From Malacoraja senta (taxonomy: Eukaryota), in NCBI GenBank assembly GCA_038087875.1, contig CM075992.1:7132001-7196000 (forward strand): DNA of 64,000 nt, given 5' to 3'. The notes below the pieces were generated by a model. It worked only from the letters and a program-made list of their open reading frames with translations. It did no database searches and was not told the DNA's origin. Position 1 is the stretch's first letter. Every line of letters begins with the position of its first letter. A program made the position numbers and the translations under genes. Shown one piece after another: positions 49,071 to 60,687 of the stretch.

Positions 49071-51510
49071 TGGTTGGGCTGCATTTGGAATATAGTATGC
49101 AGTTCTGGTCGCCCCATTACAGGAAAGATGTGGCGGCTTTGTAAAGGGTGCATTTTCAATATCACTATAATGATACCTAGATTAGGAGTGTTAGCTAGAG
49201 AGAGAGGTTAGACACTTTGATTTTTTTCTATGTAATGCTGGAGTTCGCGGAGAGACCAGATAGAAGTATATAAAACTATGAGATGCATAGAAAGGGTAGA
49301 CAGTCAGAACCTTTTTTCCAGGATGAAAAACTCAAATGTTAGAGGCCATACATTTAAGCTGAGAGGGACAAAGTTTAAAGGAGATATGTGGACTAAGCAT
49401 TTTCCACAGAAGCTGGTGAGAGCCTGTAACACATTGCCAGGGGTGGTGGTTAAGTTAGATATGATAGTGGCATTGAGAATTTGGGATAGGCATATGGATA
49501 CACAAGGAATTGATTATCCATGCACGTGAGTTAGTCTTGGCATCATGTTCGGCACAAAAATCGTGGGTGGAAGGGATTGTTCTTGTGCTACAATGTTCTA
49601 TGTTCTATGTTCTATGTTCTAAATGAGGTGAATTTTGCTGAAGAGCTGAAATGCGTAATAAAGATTTAATCACACAGTGCAAAGCATGCCCAGGAATAGA
49701 GGGGCTGTTGTGGAGTGTGGAGATGCTCAAAGGTGCCAGGACAGAGTGAGAAGTAAGGAAACCATATGAAAACTTGCACTTAAAAAAGTAGCAACATCAG
49801 AACAGTCTGCTCATTGCAATAGCAAATTCAGTACACTACAGGACCACAAGTCATTAAAATGCAAATCATTTTTATTCATGAATCAGTAAACATGAGATTA
49901 AAAGCAAGTAGTAGATTGCATTTGATTGTAAACATTCAGATTGTGGATCACGACCATGCAGGCACATATTTACCTTTTGAAGTTGGTGGTCCGAGTTTCC
50001 GATGCGCCCCCCCAAAACTGAATAATGAGCAAGAAACAGGGGGGAGTCTGCAGACCGATGTAGAGGGAACGAGGAGGGTAGAGGAAAGTGGGGGTTGTGG
50101 GATGATGAGTGGAACATTAATAGTAGCCTTGCATTTCAATAAAATGAATTGCATAATTTTGGACACATCACCACCCTGACAGAAGCTAGGGCTGACAGCC
50201 CATCTATCGAGAACTAGGTTTGATTGGAATGCAGCCCAGTACACTGGCCGTTCAGTCTGCGTTCTCAGTGCCCTTGACACAGGAAACTAGTCCAGCCTTC
50301 AGAGAAAGACACATATCATGACTTGGAAGCCATGCTGCTGTTTCTGAGACACCCGGGGTGTCTCGGATCCATGGGGCCAAAGCTGAATGGATGTGGGGGC
50401 ACCAGTAAGCAGCGATGTACTTCGTTCATGGTATTGAGTATAGACGTTGGGATGTTATGTTACAGTTACACACGGTGCTGGTGAGCTCACCTTTGGAGTA
50501 TTGTATTCAGTTTTGGTCACCCTGCCATAGGAAAGATGTTGTTAAGCTGGGAAGAATGCAGAGATGTTTTACAAGGATGTTACTGGGACTTGAGGTGCTG
50601 ACCTATAGGGAGAAGATGGGCAGGCTGGAACTATATTCATTGGAGCGTAGGGGGATAAGAGATGTTTTTGTATCAGTGTTGAAGATAATAAGGGGAACAG
50701 AGGTAGATGCATAACCTCTTACCCAGAGGAGGGGGACCAAGAACCAGAGTTTAGGTGAGAGGGGGGAAGGATTAATATGAAACCGAGGGGCAACTTTTTG
50801 ACACAAATTATATGGAATGAGTTGCCAGAGGAGGTAGTTGAGGCATAAACTATAATAACGTTTAAAGGACATTTGAACATGTACATGGATATGATAGGTT
50901 TAGAGATATATGGTCCAAACGCGGACAGTTGGATGGGTCCCCGTGGTCGGCATGGGCAAGCTGGGCCGAGGCTATATAACTCCATCAGATTTTTCTTAGA
51001 GTGGCACCTCGACCACTGGCTGTTCAGTCACCACCCTGAGGTATACACAATCCATTCCACGTCTCAATGGACAATAATAAAGGACAAATCACAACTTTCA
51101 GACAGTCCACCACTGGTTGAAGACTCCCAGGGCAGCTTAGTTCCAAAGAGTCCGAGTGGGAGAGATATGAGGTAGCTGGAAGCATGGGTGAGCACATTAC
51201 GTTTGCACATTTCAACACTGCGGAGAATTGGATCTGGGTCCCCACTATGAAGGACAGTGTGAACATTCCCCTTTGGTTCCCTTGTGGCTCGTTACACTGT
51301 TGGGTCAGGACAACGGAGTAAAAGGGGCTGTGTGTGCAGTGGGGTTTCAGATAGTTGTAGAGGTGAAAGGAATGGAGTTGGAGAGAGTTCTGATCACACA
51401 ACCACCGCACTAATTCCAGTTCAGGACTGCACACTCGATATACAGTCGAGGGACATTTACAAATTGATTCACTTCCCCACTCCGCCCCATCTGTAACCTG
51501 AACGGACGTG

Positions 51511-51637
51511 TCACGGTGCTGTTTTTTCACAGATGGGGAAATGTTCGGAACTGCACGGCCGATATTGCCACGACCCATCGTCAGAGACCACAGCACAATC
51601 TCCAGCTGTACCATTCTGTTGATCGCTCGCCCAGAAC
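51511..51637 (-). CDS. Lectin B CTLD exon 3 (terminal)
   Basis: TCTCCAG| acceptor; FWASDQQNGTAGDCAVVSDDGSWQYRPCSSEHFPICEKTAP*. Confidence 0.9.
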
Positions 51638-53294
51638 CTGGAGAAGGAGAGAGATGTGAATTGGAACGAGTGGGCAGTGTATAATTCAGGAAGGGATTCT
51701 TTCCAATGCCCGCGTTCCTCCTGTTGATCGGTGGTTAAATATTTAACTGCAGCTTTATACCTTTATAATTAAACAAGTAGCGTTAAGGTAATGGTGCCAG
51801 GGTTGGATTCCTTGCATGTTCCTGCTCGTACCATCATCCATCTATGATGCTGCAGATATTTTGTTCACAGACACTGAAGTCCTTTCTTAGTTTTATCTCA
51901 TATTTCAATCATTCCTACAAAGACCCAGGAATTGGACGCAGGTGTATTCCGAGGAAAATTCCTAGACAATTTAGTGGATTTCTGCAGCCCGATTCCAGCT
52001 TAGTTTCATCCCCACACTGCCGCCGCTTTGTCAACTAGACCATCCAGTGTTCCCGAAACTCAATGTAAATCCCCATCTCTTGTTCTTGCTCCTCGCGTCT
52101 GTCAGCTTGCATTTCCCCACCCTCCCTTTTATCTGCCACTTGTCTGACCATTAACTCCCTGTCCATGACTCCGTTTCTCTCTCCACATGGGCTTCTCGAC
52201 TTGCTGAGTATTGCACTTTCACAGATCTCCCAAGTCCACTGCGAGTTTTATGCTGTATTGTAGGTTTTTCAGTTTTAGTTTGGTTTAATTTAGTTTAGTT
52301 TAGCTTAGAGATACAGCGCGGATACAGACCCTTCGGCCCAGCGATTCCGCGCCGACCTGTGATCCCCGCATTTTCACACTATCCTTTGTTTCGTATCCAC
52401 AAAACTTTTGTTCTCCCTCTTTTTAAACCGGAGAGGCAACATTTTTACTCAAAAGGTGGTGGAATGGAATGAGCTGCCAGAGGAGGTAGTTCAGATAGAT
52501 TTAATAGCAATATTTATAATACACCTGGTACATGGATAGGAAATATTCAAGAGGGATATGGGCCAAATGCAGGCAATTCCAATTCAGGAGTCACTCGGGC
52601 GGCGCAGCGGTGGAGTCGCTGATTTACAACGCCAGCGACCCTGACTACATGCGCTGTCTGTGCGATCCTGACTAGAGGCGCTGTCTGTGCGGAGTTTGTA
52701 TGCTCAACCTGGGACCTTGTGGGTTTCCACCAGGTGCTCTGGTTTCCTCCCACACTCCAAAGACGTGCAGGTTTTCAGATTGTGTAGGAAAGAACTGCAG
52801 ATGCTGGTTTAAATCGAAGGTAGTCACAAAATACTGGAGTAACTTAGCGGGACAGGCAGCATTTCTGGAGAGAAGGAATGGGCGACGTTTCGGGTCGAGA
52901 CTCTTCTTCAGCTGAATGTTGCCTATTCCTTTCTTCCAGCGATGCTGTCTGTCCTGCTGAGTTACTCCAGCATTTTGTGCCTACCCAGGTTTGTAGGTTA
53001 ATTGACTAATTTGAAAACTGTCCCTAGTGTGTAGAATAGTGCAAACGTACAGGGTGATCGCTGGTTGGCACTGACTCGGTGGGCCGAAGGGTCCGTTTCC
53101 ACGCTGCGTCTCTAAAGTCTAAAGTCTAAAGATGCATCCGAGAAAAAACAGAGGTCGTTGACTGGAAACTAAGGGTTAGCGGGAGGGCAACACGAGATTT
53201 ACTGCACAAAACTTGAAATTAACAAGTTAACAGGGACCTCCAGGAATGCCGTGGGTAAAGATACCTCACTGTGGGGATATAAACCAACACTCAC

Positions 53295-53401
53295 TTGACA
53301 TTCGTGGTATAATCACTGCCATCCACCCAGCGCCACGTCCCTTCAGTCGTACAATGGAGTCCAATCCAATAGTCACAATTTCTATACCGTCGAATATATT
53401 C
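53295..53401 (-). CDS. Lectin B CTLD exon 2 (107 nt)
   Basis: EYIRRYRNCDYWIGLHCTTEGTWRWVDGSDYTTNV; AG/GT; phases match the neighbouring exons. Confidence 0.92.
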
Positions 53402-53706
53402 CTGCCGTATAAACAACAGCGTCCATATGAACAGATTTTGTAGTATTAGTGACACGACAAACATATTATTTGGCCCTGTATCGGGACACAATGGGTCACG
53501 GCAGTCAATGGGTTAAAGTGGAGAGTGGGCGAAGGCAGAACAAACTATGTTGCAAACTGGCTAATTAGAGAAACACGTGTCTCAGTTACAAAACAATTTT
53601 AGGTCGGTACAACCCCCCCCCCCCACACACGCGATATTCTTCCATCTTACCCCACACCCACGCTTTCTCCCCTCCCCTCTGTCCAACCTGGTCTATTAAC
53701 CTATTT

Positions 53707-56700
53707 CTGGAGAAGCAAGTGGATGACCTCAGGTTCGTCCGAGAAACTGAGTCATTCCTCGACAAGTCCTACAGTAAGATTGTTACACCTAAGGTACTGG
53801 AAGAGAGAAGGTGGGTGATGGTGAGAAAGGGAGGGAAGCATGGAATGCAAACGTTCCCGGGTGTTGTACCTCTTGTGAACAGGTTCACCCACTTAGAAGC
53901 TGTCGGGACAGAAGACGTTATTACACTGAGCGGCGGACTGGCTTGCGAAGCAAAAAGGGCTGTTGAGCCAAAACCAAAGAGGCCAACGTCAGGCAACGCC
54001 ATTGTAGTGCGAGACTCCATTGTGAGAGGTACGGACAGGGGTTTCTGCGGCAACAGACGGGATTCGAGGATGGTGTGCTGCCTTCCTGGTGCCAGGATCC
54101 AGGATGTCACGGACAGAGTGCAGAAAATCCTCAAGGGCAAAGGTGAACAGCCGGAAGTGGTAGTGCATGTCGGCACAAACGATGTCGGAAAGAAGGGGAT
54201 GAATATTCTGCAGCGTGACTAGAGAGCTCGAAAAAATGCTGAAAAGCAGGCCCTCCAGGGTTGTTATTCTCTGGTTTGCTTCTAGTTCCTCGTGCTGGCG
54301 AGAGCAGGAACAGGCAGATACGGGACCTGAATGTGTGGCTGAGGAACTGGTGCACGGGGCAGGGATTTAGATTCTTGGATCACTGGGATCTGTTTTGGAG
54401 TAAGGGGGAACTGTACAAAAGGGACGGATTGTATCTTAACAGGTGGGGGCCCAACATTCTGGCAGACAGGTTTGCCACTGCTACACGGGTGGTTTTAAAC
54501 TTAATAAGGGGGGTGGAGTGTCAAATGGGATAGTCGAGGATGGAGTTAAAGGGAAAGGGTTTCTTAAATGTGTGAGCAGAGAGACAGAGGGGGTGTAAAA
54601 TGAGGGTAGAAGCAATAGGTAGCAAGGTGAAAAGTAAAAGTGGCAGGCAGACAAATCCAGCCCAAAAATCAAAAAGGGCCACTTTTCAACATAATTGTAT
54701 AAGGGGTAAGAGTGTTGTAAAAAGAAGCCCGAAGGCTTTGTGTCTCAATGCAAGGAGCATTCGTAATAAGGTGGACGAGTTGAATGTGCAGATAGCTATT
54801 AATGACTATGATATACTTGGGATCACGGAGAACATGGCTACAGGGTGACCAAGGCTGGGAGCTGAACATCCAGGGATATTCAATATTCAGGAGAGATAGA
54901 CAGAAAGGAAAAGGAGGTGGGGTAGCGTTGCTGGTTAGAGAGGAGATTAACGCAATAGAAAGGAAGAACATTAGCTTGGAGGATGTGGAATCGATATGGG
55001 TAGAGCTGCGAAACACTAAGGGCAGAAAACGCTAGTGGGAGTTGTGTGCAGGCCACTTAACTGTAATAGTGGAGTTGGGGATGGCATCAAACAGGAAATT
55101 AGAAATGCGTGCAACAAAGGTAAAACAGTTATAATGGGTGACTTCAATCTACATATAGATTGGGTGAATCAAATTGGCAGGGGTGCTGAGGAAGAGGATT
55201 TCTTGGAATTTATGCGGGATAGTTTTCTAAACCAACATGTAGAGCTATTCTAGACTGGGTATTGAGTAATGAGGAAGGGTTAGTTAGCAGTCTTGTTGTG
55301 CGTGGCCCCTTGGGCAAGAGTGACCATAATATGGTTGAGTTCTTCATTAGGATGGAGTTCTTCATTAGGATGGAGAGTGACATAATTAATTCATAAACAA
55401 GGGTTCTGAACTCAAAGAAAGGTAACTTTGAGGGTATGAGACGTGAATTGGCCAAGATAGACTGACAATTGATTCTTAAAGGGTTGACGGTGGATATGCA
55501 ATGGAAGGCATTTAAAGGCTGCATGGATGAACTACAACAATTGTTCATCCCAGTTTGGCAAAATAATAAATCAGGGAAGGTAACCGTGGATAACAAGGGA
55601 AATCAGGGATAGTATCAAAACAAAAGATGAAGCATACAAATTAGCCCGAAAAAGCAGCCTACCAGAGGACTGGGATAAATTCAGAGTCCAGCAGAGGAGG
55701 ACAAAGGGCTTAATTAGGAAAGGGAAAATAGATTATGAAAGAAAACTGGCAGGAAACAAAAAAAACTGACTGCAAAAGTTTTTATAGATATGTGAAAAAG
55801 ATTAGTTAAAACAAATGTAGGTCCCTTGCAGTCAGAAACAGGTGAATTGATCATGGGGAACAAGGACATGGCAGACCAATTGAATAATTACTTTGGTTCT
55901 GTCTTCACTAAGGAAGACATAAATAATCTGCCGGAAATAGCTAGCAGCCGGGGGTCAAATGAGATGGAGGAACTGACTGAAATCCAGGATGGCCGGGAAT
56001 TGGTGTTAGGTAAATTGAATGGATTAAAGGCCGATAAATCCCCAGGGCCAGATAGGCTGCATCTCTGTACTTAAGCAAGTAGCCCCAGAAATAGTGGATG
56101 CATTAGTGATAATTTTTCAAAACTCTTTAGATTCTGGAGTAGTTCCTGAGGATTGGAGGGTAGCTAATGTAACCCCACTTCTTAAAAATGGAGGGAGAGA
56201 GAAAACGGGGAATTACAGACCAGTTAGTCTAACATCGGTAGTGGGGAAACTGCTAGAGTCAGTTATTAAAGATGGGATAGCAGCACATTTGGAAAGTGGT
56301 GAAATCATTGGACAAAGTCAGCATGGATTTATGAAAGGTAATTAATGTCTGACGAATCTTATAGAATTTTTCGAGGATGTAAATAGTAGAGTGGATAAGG
56401 GGGAACCAGTGGATGTGTTATATCTGGACTTTCAGAAGGCTTTCGACAAGGTCCCACATAAGAGATTAGTATACAAACTTAAAGCACACGGTATTGGGGG
56501 TTCAGTATTGATGTGGATAGAGAACTGGCTGGCAGACAGGAAGCAAAGAGTAGGAGTAAACGGGTCCTTTTCAGAATGGCAGGCAGTGACTAGTGGGGTA
56601 CCGCAAGGCTCAGTGCTGGGACCCTAGCTATTTACAATATATATTAATGATCTGGACGAGGGAATTGAACGCAACATCTCCAAGTTTGCGGATAACATGA

Positions 56701-57616
56701 AGCTGGGGGGCAGTGTTAGCTGTGAGGAGGATGCTAGGAGGCTGCAAGGTGACTTGGATAGGCTGGGTGAGTGGGCAAATGCATGGCAGATGCAGTATAA
56801 TGTGGATAAATGTGAGGTTATCCACTTTGGTGGCAAAAAACAGGAAAGCAGACTATTATCTGAATGGTGGCCGATTAGGAAACGGGGAGATGCAACGAGA
56901 CCTGGGTGTCATGGTACACCAGTCATTGAAAGTAGGCATGCAGGGGCAGCAGGCAGTGAAGAAAGCGAATGGTATGTTAGCATTCATAGCAAAAGTAATT
57001 GCGTATAGGAACAGGGATGTTCTACTGCAGTTGTACAGGGTCTTGGTGAGACCACACCTGGAGTATTGCGTACAGTTTTGGTCTCCTAATCTGAGGAAAG
57101 ACATTCTTGCCATAGAGGGAGTACAGAGAAGGTTCACCAGACTGATTCCTGGGATGTCAGGACTTTCATATGAAGAAAGACTAGACTTGGCTTGTACTCG
57201 CTAGAATTTAGAAGATTGAGGGGGGATCTTATAGAAACTTACAAAATTCTTAAGGGGTTGGACAGGCTAGATGCAGGAAGATTGTTCCCGATGTTGGGGA
57301 AGTCCAGAACAAGGGGTCACAGTTTAAGGATAAGGGGGATATCTTTTAGGACCGAGATGAGAAAAACATTTTTCACACAGAGAGTGGTGAATCTCTGGAA
57401 TTCTTTGCCACAGAAGGTAGTTGAGGCCAGTTCATTGGCTATATTTAAGAGGGAGTTAGATGTGGCCGTTGTGGCTAAAGGTATCAGGGGTTATGGAGAG
57501 AAGGCAGGTACAGGATACTGAGTTGGATGATCAGCCATGAATGGCGGTGCAGGCTCGAAGGGCCGAATGGCCTACTCCTGCACCTATTTTCTATGTTTCT
57601 ATGTTTCTATGTTTCT
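53707..57616 (+). mobile_element. Long CR1 LINE (ORF1 SGNH-esterase part and disrupted ORF2 EN/RT) in a lectin B intron, antisense
   Basis: DSIVRG…CCLPGA…VVVHVGTND (ORF1); [33 protein letters not shown] (ORF2); several stops and frameshifts; (TTTCTATG)n tail. Confidence 0.95.
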
Positions 57617-58227
57617 CGCCTCCTTTTCCCCTTTCACTTACGTTCCTCCCTCAAGCTGCACAATTCGTATCTCTTCAATCCGCTTGTCTCACACATTCTG
57701 GCCTTTTTTAACCATCTGCCTCGCCAGTATTAACCTATTACCTGTCAGACCTTCCACTGCCCCTCTGCTTACTTTTAGCTGGTCCCCCCCCCTTCTACCC
57801 TCCACCCCCACCATTAGTCTGAAGAAGGGTCCCGAACCAAAACATTATCTATCCCTGCTCTCCAGAGATGCTGCCTGATCCACAGAGTTACTCCAGCACG
57901 TTGCGTCTTTTTTAGTGCCTTGCTGTAGCCTTTGAGCACACTGATGGAGCAAATGGAAGTCGATACGCACTGTTTATCGATCAATTAATTGTGTGTCCTG
58001 CAGCGGCACCAAACGTGGTGAATAAACAGTTGCTTATTCAATGAGATAAGAGGTTCGAAATACATACACGTTGGGTCCACTAACATTTTGTCATTGTTGC
58101 TGCAGCTGGGCGAGGGTGTTGACTGGAGCTCAGCTACCTGTCGACTGGGTGATCTCAAGGTGAGATATGCTTACGTACTAAGACTCTCCCTTTAACCCAT
58201 GACGTCAAGTGACAGCCCTCGTAACCA

Positions 58228-59290
58228 TGTTTCACATGTGGAACATATTTACATATAATCTCGCGTATACAGCCTTTCTCATGACATGTTCTCATTTACT
58301 GAGCATGTCATCTCTTGAAATGACTGCACAGATTAATGCTGACGTTGCTGTGTTGAACTCACAGCATTTAAGATGAACGATAGAAACAAGAGCATTGTGG
58401 ACCAGTGAAACATTATCGGGGTGAGGTGAAGGTGTGTAGGAGCTCGTAAAGGGTTCGACCGTAAGTGGTCTGACTATCAGCTGACACCATAGTCATTCAG
58501 TTGGGAATAATTACCCTTGTTATTTATGCATCATCAATGTCAGTGTCCATTAATAGCTACCCCTTATTTTCCACATGGAATGTGAGGAATGAGATGCCCG
58601 AAGTGAGACAGAAATGTAAATAAATGTAATGCAAAAAAAAAAAAAAAAAAATCCTACCTGTGCCCTGTCACTATCAATGACCACAAGAGTAGCGTTCATT
58701 ACGGTACAGAGATTCTGAGCTTCATTCCATGTTTGTTCAGTGGACGAGAAGAAGTAAAGGGTTTGATTGAACAGCCTCCATTGGTCGAAAGGCTGGCCAA
58801 AGGATAGATCTACAAAGACAGTTAGATCAATGTTAGGTGTAAGAAGGAACTGCAGATGCTGGGTTAAATCGAAGATAGACACAAAAACTGGAGTAACTCA
58901 GCAGGACAGGCAGCATCTCTGGAGAGAAGGAATGGGTGATGGACGTTTCGAATCGTCACCCATTAATTCTCTCCAGAGATGTTGCCTGTCCTGCGGAGTT
59001 ACTCCGGCTTTTTGAGTTTACCTTATATAAATGTTATGATCAGCTGGGCAGTACCGACCTTCACAAATCTCACTGCTCACCCGTGTTTCACATGTGGAAC
59101 ATATTTACATATAATCTCACGTGTACAGCCTTTCTCATGACATGTTCCCATTTACTGAGCATGTCATCTCTTGAAATTACCACACAGATTAATGCTGACG
59201 TTGCTGTGTTGAACTCACAGCATTTAAGATGAACGTTAGAAACAAGAGCATTGTGGACCAGTGAAACTTTATCGAGGTGTATAGGAGCTT
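58228..59290 (+). repeat. ~200-bp direct repeats (58228-58445 and 59084-59290) flanking lectin B CTLD exon 1
   Basis: Near-identical TGTTTCACATGTGGAACATATTTAC…GACCAGTGAAAC blocks. Confidence 0.92.
58658..58809 (-). CDS. Lectin B CTLD exon 1 (152 nt)
   Basis: LSFGQPFDQWRLFNQTLYFFSSTEQTWNEAQNLCTVMNATLVVIDSDRAQ; TTTGTAG| and |GTAGGA. Confidence 0.9.
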
Positions 59291-60618
59291 GCGGCTGTTA
59301 AGCATAAACATTGTGGTCAATGGAACATCTGATTCTTCTCCGGGTTTAATGGCGGTGGCCGGGTTCAGCGAATAAAGGTAGTTCGTGGACCCTTGGGGAC
59401 ACGTTGGAGCCCAGACGTTGCTACGAGCAGTTTCAGTTACACAGGCGTCACCCAGAGAATTGGACATCGCTCACCCCGAAGTCCAGCTGAAGAGCAGGTC
59501 ATCTGATGTGAGCCATCCTGTGGTTGTGGATGCTAGCCATGACCTGGCCCGCGGTGGACCCCGGTTCCAAATTTGCAGGGCACCCCCAGAAACGGGGGCT
59601 GAAATCCAAGCCTTCATGCTGGTTTACAGCTAAAGCCATGATCTCACTGAGTAGTTTCATGTCTATTGCACGACACGCAAAAAATAACAACTGGTGCATT
59701 GGTGGAAGACGAGAAGACCATTGACTACATGGAACTTGGAGGATCTCAGCCGAAATGTTGCTCGCTCAATACAACTTCATGATGACAACACAACTGGTGT
59801 CACAGAAGGTGATCAATCTCGAAGTGTTGATGAAATCACACAGGTACAGATCCATGTTATCTCATCACTTGCCGGTGAGATCCCACCACTCAATTACCAC
59901 CATTACGAGAGCAACTTGGATCAGGTGGAAATTATCCTCTACCCCTGTCAATTTGGAGGGGAAGGGGGGAAACTGCTCACAACAATTCCGATCCATTCAG
60001 AGACTAGAGGATATGGGACGATGATCAATTTTTAGCCCTCGCATTGTCAACATTCAGATAGTTCCCAGGTTGAATGATTCAATGACTGGAGTCGGATCAG
60101 CTGGTCATTGAACTTACCTTCCCTTAGCCGTGAAACCACAGCCTGGATTTCGCCGATTGAGTGGTGTATCTTCTCGAAGGCTTTCGTTTATCAGCTTTCG
60201 TTTATCAGCCCCATTCCTGCCCTCGCTCTAAATTTGCCCGGCGAACGCTATGCTACTCCAACACAGGAATTTCCGTTTTCCCTGGTCCACGTGTCACTAG
60301 ACTTACCGGATTCCCGATTCCCACTCTACCCGACACTCACTGAGTTTCCCAGCTCCCCCCAAGAATTACTCATTCCTGCGCCCTGCTGATTCCCCACAGA
60401 TCCTACCCTCCACAAACTCACGTGTCCACGCTCCAACGCGGCTCGGTGATAGATTTTACATTTAGTCAGTTTTCAGCATTCTGAAGTTGGTCTCGAATCT
60501 TCAAGTAAGGGAATGAAATGCGGACCATCTCATCGCGAGGGTCTGGTGAATGACTGCCCCATATATTCGGCTCGACAATTCTCTGAACTGGAGAGTGCAA
60601 CTTCACACTTATCATTAC

Positions 60619-60687
60619 TCCTCCACTTGGAAACATCCATAAGGTAGTCAGCATTTGATATCTTCACTTCACTGAACTTGTGTTTGA
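60619..60687 (-). CDS. Lectin B neck exon (69 nt, weak GTAATG donor)
   Basis: TTTCAG|; KHKFSEVKISNADYLMDVSKWR; phase 1-1; patterned like the lectin A neck exon. Confidence 0.6.

Noticed and set aside
60607..60618. Apparent dead donor (G|ATAAGT) suggesting lectin B is a pseudogene
   Set aside because: A canonical GTAATG 6 nt earlier gives a 69-nt exon identical in length and phase to the lectin A neck exon
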